Made by a program: the position numbers and the translations under genes. A model generated the notes under the pieces. That model was not told the DNA's origin and did no database searches. It saw only the letters and a program-made list of their open reading frames with translations. DNA of 64,000 nt, taken from positions 4,672,001 through 4,736,000 of the forward strand of contig CBDETY010000003.1 in assembly GCA_965243025.1 (NCBI GenBank), written 5' to 3'. This DNA comes from Candidatus Latescibacterota bacterium. GTDB lineage: Bacteria > Latescibacterota > UBA2968 > UBA8231. Each line of letters starts with the position of its first letter. Position 1 is the stretch's first letter. Positions 8,535 to 17,720 of this stretch are shown here, piece by piece.

Positions 8535-9958
8535 GCCCGGCCCTCGAACCTTTTCCCACCATAGCAGGTTTGGCCCCGGCCCTCGAGAAGCGCCAGCTCT
8601 CCCCGGTCGAGGTCGCCGGGTACTACCTCGACCGCATCGGCAGCCGCAACGAGGAGCTCAACGCCTACCTCTGCATCACCGCCGACCGCGCCCTGGCCGC
8701 GGCGCGCGCCGCGGAGACCGCGATCCAGGGCGGGCACTACATCGGCCCCCTCCACGGCATCCCGCTGGCGGTCAAGGACCTGGTCGATATTTCCGGGCTG
8801 CCGACGACGGGGGGGTCGCTGCTGTTCCGCGACAAGGTCGCCGCCCGGGACGCGACCTGCGCCCGCAGGCTCTGGGAAGCCGGCGCGGTGCTGCTCGGCA
8901 AGACCGGCCTGGTCGAGTTCGCCTTCGGCGGCACCGGGGTCAACCACCATTACGGGACCCCCTGGAACCCCTGGGACGCCGGGGTTCACCGTCTTCCGGG
9001 CGGCTCGAGCAGCGGCTCCGGGGTCGCCGTGGCCGCCGACCTGGCGCCGGCGGCCATCGGCAGCGACACCGGGGGCTCGGTGCGTATCCCCGCCTCGTTC
9101 TGCGGCATCGTCGGCCTCAAGCCGACTTTCGGACGCCTGAGCAACTCCGGGGTCCTCCCTCTCGACAGCGCCCTCGACTCGGTCGGGCCGATGACCCGCT
9201 GCGTGCGCGACGCGGCGCTACTGTACCGCGTCCTGGCGGGGCCCGATCCGGCCGACCCGGACACCTGGGATCAACCGGTCGACGCGGTCTTCGACGAGCT
9301 GGAAGGGGACGTTGGAGGCATGCGCGTCTGCCTGCCGCGGGAGTACTTCTGGGAAGAGGTCGACCCGGAGGTCGAAGCCGCGGTCCGCGCCTGCGTGCAA
9401 GTCTTCGCCGACCAGGGGGTCGACGTCGACGAGGTCTCGGTCGAGGAGCTCGACGAGCTGGCCGAGCTGCAGCCGTGGCGCATGACCTCGGTCGAAACCT
9501 ACCTCCGGCTCCGCGAATACCTCGAAGACGATCCGGCAGCTTTCGACCCGGTCGTGGCGGGCCGCATACTCGCAGGCAGGGACATGACGGCGTGCGAATA
9601 CCTGCACATGCAGCGGCGCCGCGAGGAGCTGCGGCGGTCGGCCCTGAGGCGGCTCGACGGCATCGACGCCCTGCTGGCGCCCACCACGGCGGTCGCGGCG
9701 CCCACCCTCGAAGAGACCGACACCGACGAGAACTACGGCCCGGTGAACCTGATGGCCCTGCGCAACACGCTGCCCGTCAACCAACTGGGGCTGTGCGCGG
9801 TGTCGCTGCCCTGCGGGCTGACGCGGGGGGGGCTGCCGGTGGGGCTGCAGCTGATCGGCAAGCCCTACGGAGAGGGGCGCCTTCTCAGGCTGGCGCGCGC
9901 CTTCGAGGACGCCACCGAGTGGCACCTTCTGCACCCGGAGGTCGAGCTGTTCGACTAG
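8531..9958 (+). CDS. Amidase-signature family enzyme (GatA-like amidase)
   Basis: Motifs GPLHGIPLAVKDL, PGGSSSGSG, IGSDTGGSVRIPASFCGIVGLKPTFG, GLPVGLQLIG. GTG at 8531 overlaps the upstream stop (GTGA). Confidence 0.92.
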   Translation: MSPALEPFPTIAGLAPALEKRQLSPVEVAGYYLDRIGSRNEELNAYLCITADRALAAARAAETAIQGGHYIGPLHGIPLAVKDLVDISGLPTTGGSLLFRDKVAARDATCARRLWEAGAVLLGKTGLVEFAFGGTGVNHHYGTPWNPWDAGVHRLPGGSSSGSGVAVAADLAPAAIGSDTGGSVRIPASFCGIVGLKPTFGRLSNSGVLPLDSALDSVGPMTRCVRDAALLYRVLAGPDPADPDTWDQPVDAVFDELEGDVGGMRVCLPREYFWEEVDPEVEAAVRACVQVFADQGVDVDEVSVEELDELAELQPWRMTSVETYLRLREYLEDDPAAFDPVVAGRILAGRDMTACEYLHMQRRREELRRSALRRLDGIDALLAPTTAVAAPTLEETDTDENYGPVNLMALRNTLPVNQLGLCAVSLPCGLTRGGLPVGLQLIGKPYGEGRLLRLARAFEDATEWHLLHPEVELFD

Positions 9959-10148
9959 CGGCAGCGCCCCCCGGCCGCAGAAAGGCGACCTGGAGCCAGG
10001 CCGTTGGCGGGCTCGCCGGAGCCGGGGGAAAAATCCCCGCTCACCGCCGGACCGTGGCGGTTCCGGGCCCTGATGCCGGAGCTCGGCCGCCCCGATCGGT
10101 ATGGGGCTAACTGCATACCAGGGCCGTGCTTACACGCTTTGCCCAAAA

Positions 10149-10177
10149 TTGCCACTGCCTGCTTCCCCCTCTATATT
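10149..10177 (+). promoter_or_regulatory. Putative sigma70 promoter of tRNA-Glu
   Basis: TTGCCA-N17-TATATT, about 35 nt upstream of the tRNA. Confidence 0.6.
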
Positions 10178-10211
10178 CAGCCGCTGCCTGAAACTGAAAC
10201 CATCCGTTTTT

Positions 10212-10286
10212 GCTCCCATCGTCTAGCGGTCAGGACCCAGGGTTTTCAACCCTGTAACCGGAGTTCGACTCTCCGTGGGAGCACCA
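10212..10286 (+). tRNA. tRNA-Glu (anticodon TTC)
   Basis: GCTCCCA/TGGGAGC acceptor stem, anticodon stem CAGGG/CCCTG with loop TT-TTC-AA, GTTCGAC T-loop, encoded CCA. Confidence 0.97.
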
Positions 10287-10290
10287 GAAC

Positions 10291-10325
10291 AAAGCCTCCG
10301 GAACCGATGCTCCGGGGGCTTTTTC
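10291..10325. terminator. Intrinsic, probably bidirectional, terminator between tRNA-Glu and the convergent CNNM gene
   Basis: AAAGCCTCCGGA-loop-TCCGGGGGCTTTTT hairpin with A-run before and T-run after. Confidence 0.8.
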
Positions 10326-10330
10326 TTGCT

Positions 10331-11356
10331 TCAGGCGTCGAGGGTGCGCTCGCGGCGACGGCGGGCGAGCTCGCGCAGGTCGGCCACCCTGTCGAACTCG
10401 TCGACGATCTCCTGTCCGAGGATTTCCTCGATCACGTCCTCGAGAGTCACCACCCCGGCGAGGCCGCCGAACTCGTCCAGAACTATCAGCAGGTGCTGGC
10501 GCTTTTCCATGAACATGCGCAGCAGCCTGTCGAGCCCCACCGATTCGGCGACGAAATCCACGGGGCGCATCATCTCCTCGAGCCTGGCCTCCCCCGAACC
10601 CCCTGCCATGGCGGCGAGCACCTCCCGCCCCAGGACGATCCCCACCACGTCGTCGGGGTTCTTGTCGTACACGGGGATGCGGCTGTGCTCGAAAGTGCCG
10701 CGCGTGCGTAGCTCCTCCAGGGTCGTGGAGGCATGCAGGGCGAACACCACGGTGCGCGGGGTCATGATGTCGCGCACCGACTTGTCCTGCAGGGTGAGGA
10801 TGTTGGCGATCACCGCGGCCTGGTCGGACTCGAGGGCGCCGGTCTGCTGCCCCATGCGCGCCAGCCCTAGAATTTCCTCCTCCGACACGTGCTCCGGCTC
10901 GCGGCCCTGCGACACCACGCGGGTTACCATGCCGCACAGCCAGATCAGGGGGCGGAACAGCCACACCAGCAGTGCCAGGGGCGGCGCCACCACCAAGGCC
11001 AGCGGCCGGTTGTAGACCACCCCCGCGGTTTTTGGAATCACCTCGGAGAACATCAGGATGGCCAGTGTGAAGGCCGCGGAGAAGTAGCCCACCCAGGCCT
11101 CGCCGAAGACGCTGGCGGCCGCGGCCCCGGCGACCGCGGCGCCGGCGGTGTTGGCGATGGTGTTGAGCGACAGGATGGCCGCGATCGGACGGTCGACGTT
11201 TTCCCGCAGGCGCTGCAGGATGCGGCCCGCCTTGCGGTCGGCATTCGCCAGCGATTCGATGTGCCCCACCGGCACCGAGTAGAGCACGGCCTCGAACAGG
11301 GAGCACATCGCCGAGATCAGCACCGCCGCGGCGACGGCGACTATCAGTTCTGCCAT
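10331..11356 (-). CDS. CNNM/HlyC-CorC family membrane protein (DUF21 plus tandem CBS domains)
   Basis: Motifs SLFEAVLYS, ILSLNTIAN, FSEVIPKT, VRDIMTPR, HSRIPVY, VLDEFGGLAGVVTLEDVIEEILG. Confidence 0.92.
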   Translation of the reverse strand: MAELIVAVAAAVLISAMCSLFEAVLYSVPVGHIESLANADRKAGRILQRLRENVDRPIAAILSLNTIANTAGAAVAGAAAASVFGEAWVGYFSAAFTLAILMFSEVIPKTAGVVYNRPLALVVAPPLALLVWLFRPLIWLCGMVTRVVSQGREPEHVSEEEILGLARMGQQTGALESDQAAVIANILTLQDKSVRDIMTPRTVVFALHASTTLEELRTRGTFEHSRIPVYDKNPDDVVGIVLGREVLAAMAGGSGEARLEEMMRPVDFVAESVGLDRLLRMFMEKRQHLLIVLDEFGGLAGVVTLEDVIEEILGQEIVDEFDRVADLRELARRRRERTLDA

Positions 11357-11517
11357 GAGGGTTCTTCAGTTTGAGAGGAGTTTGGACTGTTCCGCGGTCG
11401 ACCGTGGAGAAGGCAGGCCGCGGATCGATGGACTATTGCTACCGGCTCAGTACCTTGTAAAATACCTGCCTGATTCAGCATGTCATCTCTGTTTTCTGAC
11501 GACAGGGGCCTCCTCCC

Positions 11518-12348
11518 TTGAAACTATCCGTATTCACCGACGAGATCTCCCCTTCTCCTTCCCGCGCCTTGGAGCTGGCTGCGGCGTGGGGCATCTCCCA
11601 CATCGAGGTGCGCGGTTTCGAAGGTGGCCGTTTCCCCCGCGTCGGGGATGCCGAGCTGCAGGACTTCCAGCGCCGTTTCGAGGATGCCGGGCTCGCGGTG
11701 TCCGGCGTCTCCCCCGGCCTTTTCAAGTGCCGGCTGGACGACCCCTCGATTGACCGCGAAATGACCGAGGTTCTCCCGCGCGCCTGCGAATGGGCGCTGC
11801 GCTGGGGGACGGACCGGGTTTCCTGCTTCGCCTTCCGCCCTGGCGGGGAAACGCAGATGCCGGCCGAGGTGGTGGACCGGCTCGCCGCCATGTGCGAGAT
11901 CGCCGGCGGCGCCGGCTGCCGGCTGCTGCTGGAGAACGAGGCCGGGTGCTGGGGCGGCACCGGCCTCCAGGCCGCCGCAATCATCCGCCGGGTCGGAAGG
12001 GAACGCCTCGGCCTGTGCTGGGACCCGGGAAACGCCGCCCGCGCCGGTTCGGCCAGTCCCTACCCGGATGAATTCGAAGAACTGCGCGACCCGGACGGGC
12101 CGACGATCGGCTGCGTGCACATGAAAAACTACGTCTCCGCGGCCGGAGCATGGGGTTTGCTGGAAGGACCCGACATCGACTGGCGGGCCCTGCTTCAAGC
12201 CTTGAAAGGGGACGGAAACGAAGGTTTTGTCGTTGTCGAGACGCACACCGACAGACTGCACGAGACGTTCGGCCCGGTCGACGAAAGTCTGACCCCGAGG
12301 GAGTCGAACACGTTGCGCAATATCGAATTCGCACGCGCGTGTCTGTAG
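11518..12348 (+). CDS. Sugar-phosphate isomerase/epimerase (TIM barrel)
   Basis: Motifs MKLSVFTDEI, LLLENE, WDPGN, VHMKN, VVETH (metal-binding pattern); TTG start. Confidence 0.82.
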   Translation: MKLSVFTDEISPSPSRALELAAAWGISHIEVRGFEGGRFPRVGDAELQDFQRRFEDAGLAVSGVSPGLFKCRLDDPSIDREMTEVLPRACEWALRWGTDRVSCFAFRPGGETQMPAEVVDRLAAMCEIAGGAGCRLLLENEAGCWGGTGLQAAAIIRRVGRERLGLCWDPGNAARAGSASPYPDEFEELRDPDGPTIGCVHMKNYVSAAGAWGLLEGPDIDWRALLQALKGDGNEGFVVVETHTDRLHETFGPVDESLTPRESNTLRNIEFARACL

Positions 12349-13841
12349 AGTCCGGCCGCTCCCTGTCGACGCGCGCCCTGCGCGGGGTGTTGTGGACGGC
12401 CAGCCCCTTCGCCCTGCAGCTGTTCATCGGGGTGCTGTTCTACGCCTTCATCCCCACGGAGGAGATGGGGCGTTTCGAGTACGCCCTGATCGTCGTCATG
12501 GTCCTCGCGCTGGTCGCCGACCTCGGCCTGGGATCGGCCCTGGTTCAGCACCGGAACACCTCCGAGGAGCACTTCGACTCCGCCTTCTGGACCAACCTCG
12601 CCGCCGGCGCGGCCCTGACCGCTGGCCTCGCCGCCGCCGCTCCCCAGCTGGCGCGCCTGAGCGGCGCCGAGGACCCTGAGCAGTTCGCCCGCGTCACCCG
12701 GGTCCTGGTTCTGCTGGTCCCCTTCGCCGCGGTCTCCGGCGTCTTTCGCGGCAGGCTGCAAAAGGACCTCCGCTTCCGCCAGATGGCCGCGGCCGAGGTG
12801 TTCTCCATCCTCGTCTACACCGCCGCCGCCATCCTCCTGCTGCGCCGGTACGGAGTCATGGCCGCCGTTATCAGCGCGGTGGTACGCGAGCTGGCGCTGC
12901 TCGCCGGATTGTGGCGCGCCAGCTCCTGGACGCCGCGGCCCCGCTTCCGGCTGTCCGCCCTCGGCGACCTGTTTCGCTTCGGGATCAACCTGACCGGTTC
13001 GCGCTGCCTGAACTACGCCGGCCACAACCTCGCCGGGTTCGTCATCTTCCCCCTGCTCGGGGAAACGGCGCTGGGGTACTACCGCTTCGCCCATCGCCTC
13101 ACCCTGATGCCGCTCGTGCGTATTTCGGCGGTCGTCATGCGCGTCTTCTTTCCGACCTTCTCCGCCATCCAGGAAGACGACGCGCTGCTGCGGCGCGGCT
13201 ACCTGCGCGCGGTGCAGTCGATCGCCCTCTTCTTCTGGCCGCTGCTCGCGGTCTTCGTCTTCGCCCCGGAAGCGCTCGAGCTGCTCAGGCGGGTGGACGG
13301 ACGCGACCTCCGCCCGGCCGCCCTGCCGCTGCAGCTGCTGGCCGCCGCCGCCCTGTTCAAGGGGGCCGGCTGCGCAGTCGGCTCGATCTTCCTCGCCAAG
13401 GGGAGGTCCAACTGGCTGCTGTACTGGTCGATCTTCAGTCTCGCGGTGCTGCTTCCCGTGCTCTTCGCGTGCGTCTCCCACGGCGTCGCCTGGGCAACGG
13501 CGGCCATCGCCGGAACCGCCCTCCTCTTTCTCCTCCTTTCGCAGCACCTTACCAACCGACTGATCGGCCTGACCTTCGTTGACTTCGCCGGCGCCCTGGC
13601 GCGGCCGGCAGGGGTCACGGCGCTGGTGCTGGCGGTCCTGGTGCCGGTGCGCAGCCTGGCAACCGCCGACGCCCTCGCCGCCTGTGCCGCAGGCGCCCTG
13701 GCCTGGGTCGCCGCGACGCTGATCGGGATGCGGCTGCTCGCCTGGGAGTTGTGCCGCGAACTGTGGCGCACCGCCCGCGGCCGCTCTTCCCGGAAGCCTG
13801 CGGACCACGCGGGGCCGGAGGATTCTCCGCACCTGCCGTAG
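12339..13841 (+). CDS. Wzx/MOP-family polysaccharide flippase (lipopolysaccharide biosynthesis protein)
   Basis: LSTRALRGVLWT, DLGLGSALVQ, SAFWTNL, LGYYRFA, FPTFSAIQED; multiple TM helices. GTG start at 12339 overlaps the upstream gene. Confidence 0.85.
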   Translation: MSVESGRSLSTRALRGVLWTASPFALQLFIGVLFYAFIPTEEMGRFEYALIVVMVLALVADLGLGSALVQHRNTSEEHFDSAFWTNLAAGAALTAGLAAAAPQLARLSGAEDPEQFARVTRVLVLLVPFAAVSGVFRGRLQKDLRFRQMAAAEVFSILVYTAAAILLLRRYGVMAAVISAVVRELALLAGLWRASSWTPRPRFRLSALGDLFRFGINLTGSRCLNYAGHNLAGFVIFPLLGETALGYYRFAHRLTLMPLVRISAVVMRVFFPTFSAIQEDDALLRRGYLRAVQSIALFFWPLLAVFVFAPEALELLRRVDGRDLRPAALPLQLLAAAALFKGAGCAVGSIFLAKGRSNWLLYWSIFSLAVLLPVLFACVSHGVAWATAAIAGTALLFLLLSQHLTNRLIGLTFVDFAGALARPAGVTALVLAVLVPVRSLATADALAACAAGALAWVAATLIGMRLLAWELCRELWRTARGRSSRKPADHAGPEDSPHLP

Positions 13842-13944
13842 AGACTCTTCCTTTGCGCCGCTCCGGGGTCTGGAGTATTTTCTTCGCCCTTCAGTCCCGG
13901 AAGTCGTGAACTACACTCTCGCAGTCACTTAAGGGGATTTACCA

Positions 13945-14850
13945 ATGAGCGAAAAGACCAACGGACAGCCGGCATCGGGAACCTTCAGGCTCAAGACCGG
14001 CCTCGCCGAAATGCTCAAGGGGGGCGTCATAATGGACGTCACGGACGCCGACCAGGCCCGCATCGCCGAGGACGCGGGCGCCGCATCGGTAATGGCCCTG
14101 GAACGCGTCCCCGCCGATATCCGCAAGGATGGGGGCGTCGCCCGCATGGCGAGCATCCGCAAGATCCGCGAGATCATGGAGGCGGTCACGATTCCGGTCA
14201 TGGCCAAGGTGCGCATCGGCCATTTCGCCGAAGCCCAGGTGCTGCAGTCGGTCGGCGTCGACTACATCGACGAAAGCGAGGTCCTGACTCCCGCCGACGA
14301 GAATTTCCACGTCGACAAGTTCGCCTTCGACGTCCCCTTCGTGTGCGGGGCGCGCAACCTCGGGGAAGCCCTGCGCCGCATCGGCGAGGGAGCGGCCATG
14401 ATCCGCACCAAGGGGGAAGCCGGCTCCGGCAACATCGTCGAGGCCGTCCGCCACATGCGCTCGGTCGTCGGCGAGATGCGCCGCCTGACCACCCTGGGGC
14501 CCGAGGAGCTGATGACCGCGGCCAAGGAGCTCGGGGCGCCGTACGAGCTCGTCCGCATGGTCGCCGCCGAGGGCAAGCTGCCGGTCCCCAACTTCGCCGC
14601 CGGCGGCGTAGCCACCCCGGCTGACGCGTCGCTGATGATGCAGCTCGGGGCCGAGGCGATCTTCGTCGGCTCCGGCGTCTTCAAGTCGAGCGACCCGCCG
14701 AAGCGGGCCAAGGCGATCGTCGAAGCGACCACCCACTACCTCGACGCCGAGGTGCTGGCCCGGGTCTCCGAGGAGCTCGGGGAAGCCATGCCCGGTATCG
14801 AGATCGGCTCGCTGGAAGACGGGCAACTGCTGCAGACGCGCGGGTGGTAG
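13945..14850 (+). CDS. pdxS: Pyridoxal 5'-phosphate synthase lyase subunit PdxS
   Basis: [47 protein letters not shown], ending RGW. Confidence 0.97.
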   Translation: MSEKTNGQPASGTFRLKTGLAEMLKGGVIMDVTDADQARIAEDAGAASVMALERVPADIRKDGGVARMASIRKIREIMEAVTIPVMAKVRIGHFAEAQVLQSVGVDYIDESEVLTPADENFHVDKFAFDVPFVCGARNLGEALRRIGEGAAMIRTKGEAGSGNIVEAVRHMRSVVGEMRRLTTLGPEELMTAAKELGAPYELVRMVAAEGKLPVPNFAAGGVATPADASLMMQLGAEAIFVGSGVFKSSDPPKRAKAIVEATTHYLDAEVLARVSEELGEAMPGIEIGSLEDGQLLQTRGW

Positions 14851-14897
14851 CCGAACCGGAACCCGCCGGCAGCGCCCGGCAACCGACCGCTTCGGAG

Positions 14898-15500
14898 ATG
14901 GGGAAAGAGCCCGATCGGGTCAGCCGGGGGCCGCTGGGAATCCTCGGTCTGCAGGGGGATTTCGCCGCGCACGGGCGCGCCCTCGCCGCCATCGGCGTCG
15001 ACTCGGCCATCGTCAAGCAGCCGCCGCAGCTCGACGCCGTCGACGGCCTTATCCTTCCGGGCGGCGAAAGCACGACCCTGATCAAGCTGATGGACACGTG
15101 GGGCTTCTGGGAGCCGCTGCGCGAATTCATCGACTCGGGCCGCCCGGTGTTCGGCACCTGCGCCGGGCTCATCCTGCTCGCCGCCGAGGTCGTCAACCCC
15201 CCGCAGAAATCGCTGGCCGCCATCGACGTCACCGTCGAGCGCAACAGCTACGGACGCCAGCGCGAGAGCTTCGAGGCGCTCGGCACCTTCGCCGCCAACG
15301 GCCGCGGCCGCGACCTGCCGATGGTCTTCATCCGCGCCCCGCGGATCCTGCGCCTGGGGGCAGGGGTCGAACCCCTCGCTCATTGCCGCGGCGATGTCGT
15401 CATGGCCCGCAGCGGCAACGTGCTCGCCGCGAGCTTCCACCCGGAGCTCACCCCGGACAGCGCCGTCCACCGCTACTTCGCTGGCATGGCCGCCGGCTGA
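14898..15500 (+). CDS. pdxT: PLP synthase glutaminase subunit PdxT
   Basis: GILGLQGDF, LILPGGESTT, GTCAG, RNSYGRQRESF, FIRAP, SFHPEL. Start uncertain (14844 or 14898). Confidence 0.95.
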   Translation: MGKEPDRVSRGPLGILGLQGDFAAHGRALAAIGVDSAIVKQPPQLDAVDGLILPGGESTTLIKLMDTWGFWEPLREFIDSGRPVFGTCAGLILLAAEVVNPPQKSLAAIDVTVERNSYGRQRESFEALGTFAANGRGRDLPMVFIRAPRILRLGAGVEPLAHCRGDVVMARSGNVLAASFHPELTPDSAVHRYFAGMAAG

Positions 15501-15523
15501 GGCCGGGGGGAGGCCGGAAAACA

Positions 15524-15557
15524 GAAGGGGGACCCGGTATTCCGGATCCCCCTTTTT
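15524..15557. terminator. Intrinsic terminator between the convergent pdxT and OMP genes
   Basis: GAAGGGGGA-CCCGG-TATT-CCGG-ATCCCCCTTTTT hairpin. Confidence 0.75.
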
Positions 15558-15579
15558 CATTTCGAGCCGGTGCGGCGGC

Positions 15580-16185
15580 TCAGAAGTTGACCTGCACCCG
15601 CGCGGAAAAGCGGTTGATGGAGATGTCGTCGTCGGCAAAGATGAAGTCGCGCTGGTAGCGGAGCCCCACCTGCAGGCGGTCGCCGATGAACATCTCCGCC
15701 CCGGCACCCGGCACGATTCCGAACTTGACGTCTCCCCCGGACGGCGAGTAGAGCTCGGCGTCGAGAGAGAAGAAGTAGTTGAACGGCCTCAGGTCGAGGG
15801 AGTTCCGCATCCCGGCGCTGAACAGGTCGGCCGCCGAGTCGCCCCCGATGCGGCCGTACCCGGCCTGGAAGGACAGCCACTCCTCGATCTTGTAGCCGAG
15901 GTAGAGACCGGACATCAGGTCGGTGCTGGAGATCCCCTCCTCCTCCACGTCCGCCGGGTCGATGTCGACCATCGCCGCCCCGAAGAACCCCTCGGCGTAG
16001 AACTGCCCCACGCGGCCGTAGTAGGGGTAGCCCCCCTTGCCGTACTCGCTCCCCTCCTCTCCGTCGGTGCGCCCCGGTTCCGGCGCCGCGGAAACAGGGC
16101 CGGCGCCGAGGAGGCAGGCCAGCGCCAGGCCGACCAGGGCGCGCGCCGGGATGGCGCGCTGTGAGAATGGCTCATGCCTCTTCAT
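15580..16185 (-). CDS. Outer-membrane beta-barrel protein (OmpA-like/PorT-like small barrel)
   Basis: Signal peptide, amphipathic beta strands (GLYLGYKI, LQVGLRYQRDF), C-terminal aromatic beta-signal ARVQVNF. Confidence 0.7.
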   Translation of the reverse strand: MKRHEPFSQRAIPARALVGLALACLLGAGPVSAAPEPGRTDGEEGSEYGKGGYPYYGRVGQFYAEGFFGAAMVDIDPADVEEEGISSTDLMSGLYLGYKIEEWLSFQAGYGRIGGDSAADLFSAGMRNSLDLRPFNYFFSLDAELYSPSGGDVKFGIVPGAGAEMFIGDRLQVGLRYQRDFIFADDDISINRFSARVQVNF

Positions 16186-16230
16186 GGTAGCTCCCCTTCC
16201 GGCAACGGAAGCCGTGAGTCAGCGGTGACC

Positions 16231-16836
16231 TCACAGTCCGATGCTCCTCTTCTTGAAGTGCTTGACGATCTCCTTGTGATCCGTCCACAGGATCTCCGCG
16301 GTCTCGATGTCGGTCAGCTCGAAGGTCGCCTTGTAGTACACCGCCTTGTTGGGTCCGACCTGCTGCACGTTGGAGGTGATCACGCCGCCGAGCAGGAACC
16401 CGGCCGCCTTCTGGTTCCCCGGGCCTTTCGCCTCGTCGGGGTCGACGTACCCCGACTGCTGGTACTCGTACTCCTCGGCGATCTCGAGCCGGGCACCCTT
16501 GTCGAGGAATCCGAAACGGCCGCTCTGGATCAGCGCCGTCTTGACGTGATCGTAGAGCGCTCCCATGTCGATGCGCTCGCTGGTGCGGTTCTTCGGCCGT
16601 TCGAGAATGATCAGCGGTTTGCCCTCCAGTCCCGCGGTGGTTTTCCACTTGTCGAGCGAGTTGACCACTGTCTTGGCGACCAGCTGCATGTCGTTCTGGT
16701 TCCAGCGGTCGTCGAGCATGCTGATCTCTTCGGGGTCGCCGTATTCACCCCGGGTGAAAGCGCGCGGCCCGGCGCAGGCCGACAGCAGTGCGGCGAGGCC
16801 CGCCAGCGCGAGGCCTGATTTCGTCCAGCGGCTCAT
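16231..16836 (-). CDS. LpoB-like (penicillin-binding protein activator/CsgG-like fold) lipoprotein
   Basis: Lipobox LSAC; motifs NRTSERID, SGRFGFLD..R, EYEYQQSG, YYKATFELTDIETAEILW...I.K. Confidence 0.8.
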   Translation of the reverse strand: MSRWTKSGLALAGLAALLSACAGPRAFTRGEYGDPEEISMLDDRWNQNDMQLVAKTVVNSLDKWKTTAGLEGKPLIILERPKNRTSERIDMGALYDHVKTALIQSGRFGFLDKGARLEIAEEYEYQQSGYVDPDEAKGPGNQKAAGFLLGGVITSNVQQVGPNKAVYYKATFELTDIETAEILWTDHKEIVKHFKKRSIGL

Positions 16837-16855
16837 CGTTAGGTCCTCCTGTCTT

Positions 16856-17707
16856 TCAGTCCCACTCGCATTCGAAATGCGACCGCTGCATGTGCCAGCG
16901 GTCCGGCAGCATGGCGTCCTGCCGGTAGAGCACCAGCAGCCGGCACGACTGCTGCAGCGAGCTCGAGGGGTATTCGAAGGTGAATTCCATCGCCTGTTTC
17001 CGGTCGGCGACCGGAATGTCGGCGGAAGTGTAGATGTCGGGCTTGGTCGAGGCGAACACGAGCGCCTTCTTGGTCCCGTGCTTCTTGAGGGGAACGCGCG
17101 CGGTGAAGGTCACGCGGCGCACCTTTTTCGGCAGCAGCAGGTCGGTGCGGTCGACGAGCTCGTCCCGCTGCCAGCTGCCGGCGAGTATCGCCTGCAAGTT
17201 ACCGAGAAAGACGCGCTCCCGCCCGCCGTCCGGGACGATGAGGTAGAGGTACCCCCGGCGCGCCTGCGTCGACACTCCCTTTTCCCCGCCGAGACCCTCG
17301 AAATCGAGGGCTATGGTCAGGTCGACGTAGCGGTTCGGGGGCAGGGCATGCAGGGAAAGGGCCCCCAGCACGGTCTCGGATACCCCTGCTTCGCGAAGCT
17401 CGACGAGAGCGTCGACGGAGACGTCGCAGGCGCACCGCCGCTGCTTCAGCATGTCGACGATGGACGCGTCGCTGAACTTGCCGGCGACGAGCTTGCGCAG
17501 GTCTTCGAGGGTGATCGGAAGCTGGTCGGAGCGCTCGTAGATCGGCGGCAGGGGCCCGCCGTCCCAGTCGATGATGTTGTAGACCGCCCCTTCGTCGAGA
17601 ACCCGGGCGGCGGCTCCCTGCAGAGTCGGCCCCGGTTCGGTTGGCGCCGCCGAAACCGCGGAAACGGCCCCGGCAACCAGCGCGAGAACTGCGGCACATC
17701 TTCTCAT
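16856..17707 (-). CDS. Hypothetical exported protein
   Basis: Signal-peptide-like MRRCAAVLALVAGAVSAVSA; codon usage typical of the genome; operonic between the two lipoprotein genes. Confidence 0.7.
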   Translation of the reverse strand: MRRCAAVLALVAGAVSAVSAAPTEPGPTLQGAAARVLDEGAVYNIIDWDGGPLPPIYERSDQLPITLEDLRKLVAGKFSDASIVDMLKQRRCACDVSVDALVELREAGVSETVLGALSLHALPPNRYVDLTIALDFEGLGGEKGVSTQARRGYLYLIVPDGGRERVFLGNLQAILAGSWQRDELVDRTDLLLPKKVRRVTFTARVPLKKHGTKKALVFASTKPDIYTSADIPVADRKQAMEFTFEYPSSSLQQSCRLLVLYRQDAMLPDRWHMQRSHFECEWD

Positions 17708-17720
17708 GATCTCGTCCTTG

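Noticed and set aside
8531-9958. gatA call
   Set aside because: No gatB/gatC nearby, and the catabolic operon context favours a generic amidase.
10212-10330. tRNA-Glu as an island integration site
   Set aside because: It is followed directly by a terminator and a housekeeping gene; no integrase and no duplicated tRNA 3' end seen in the window.
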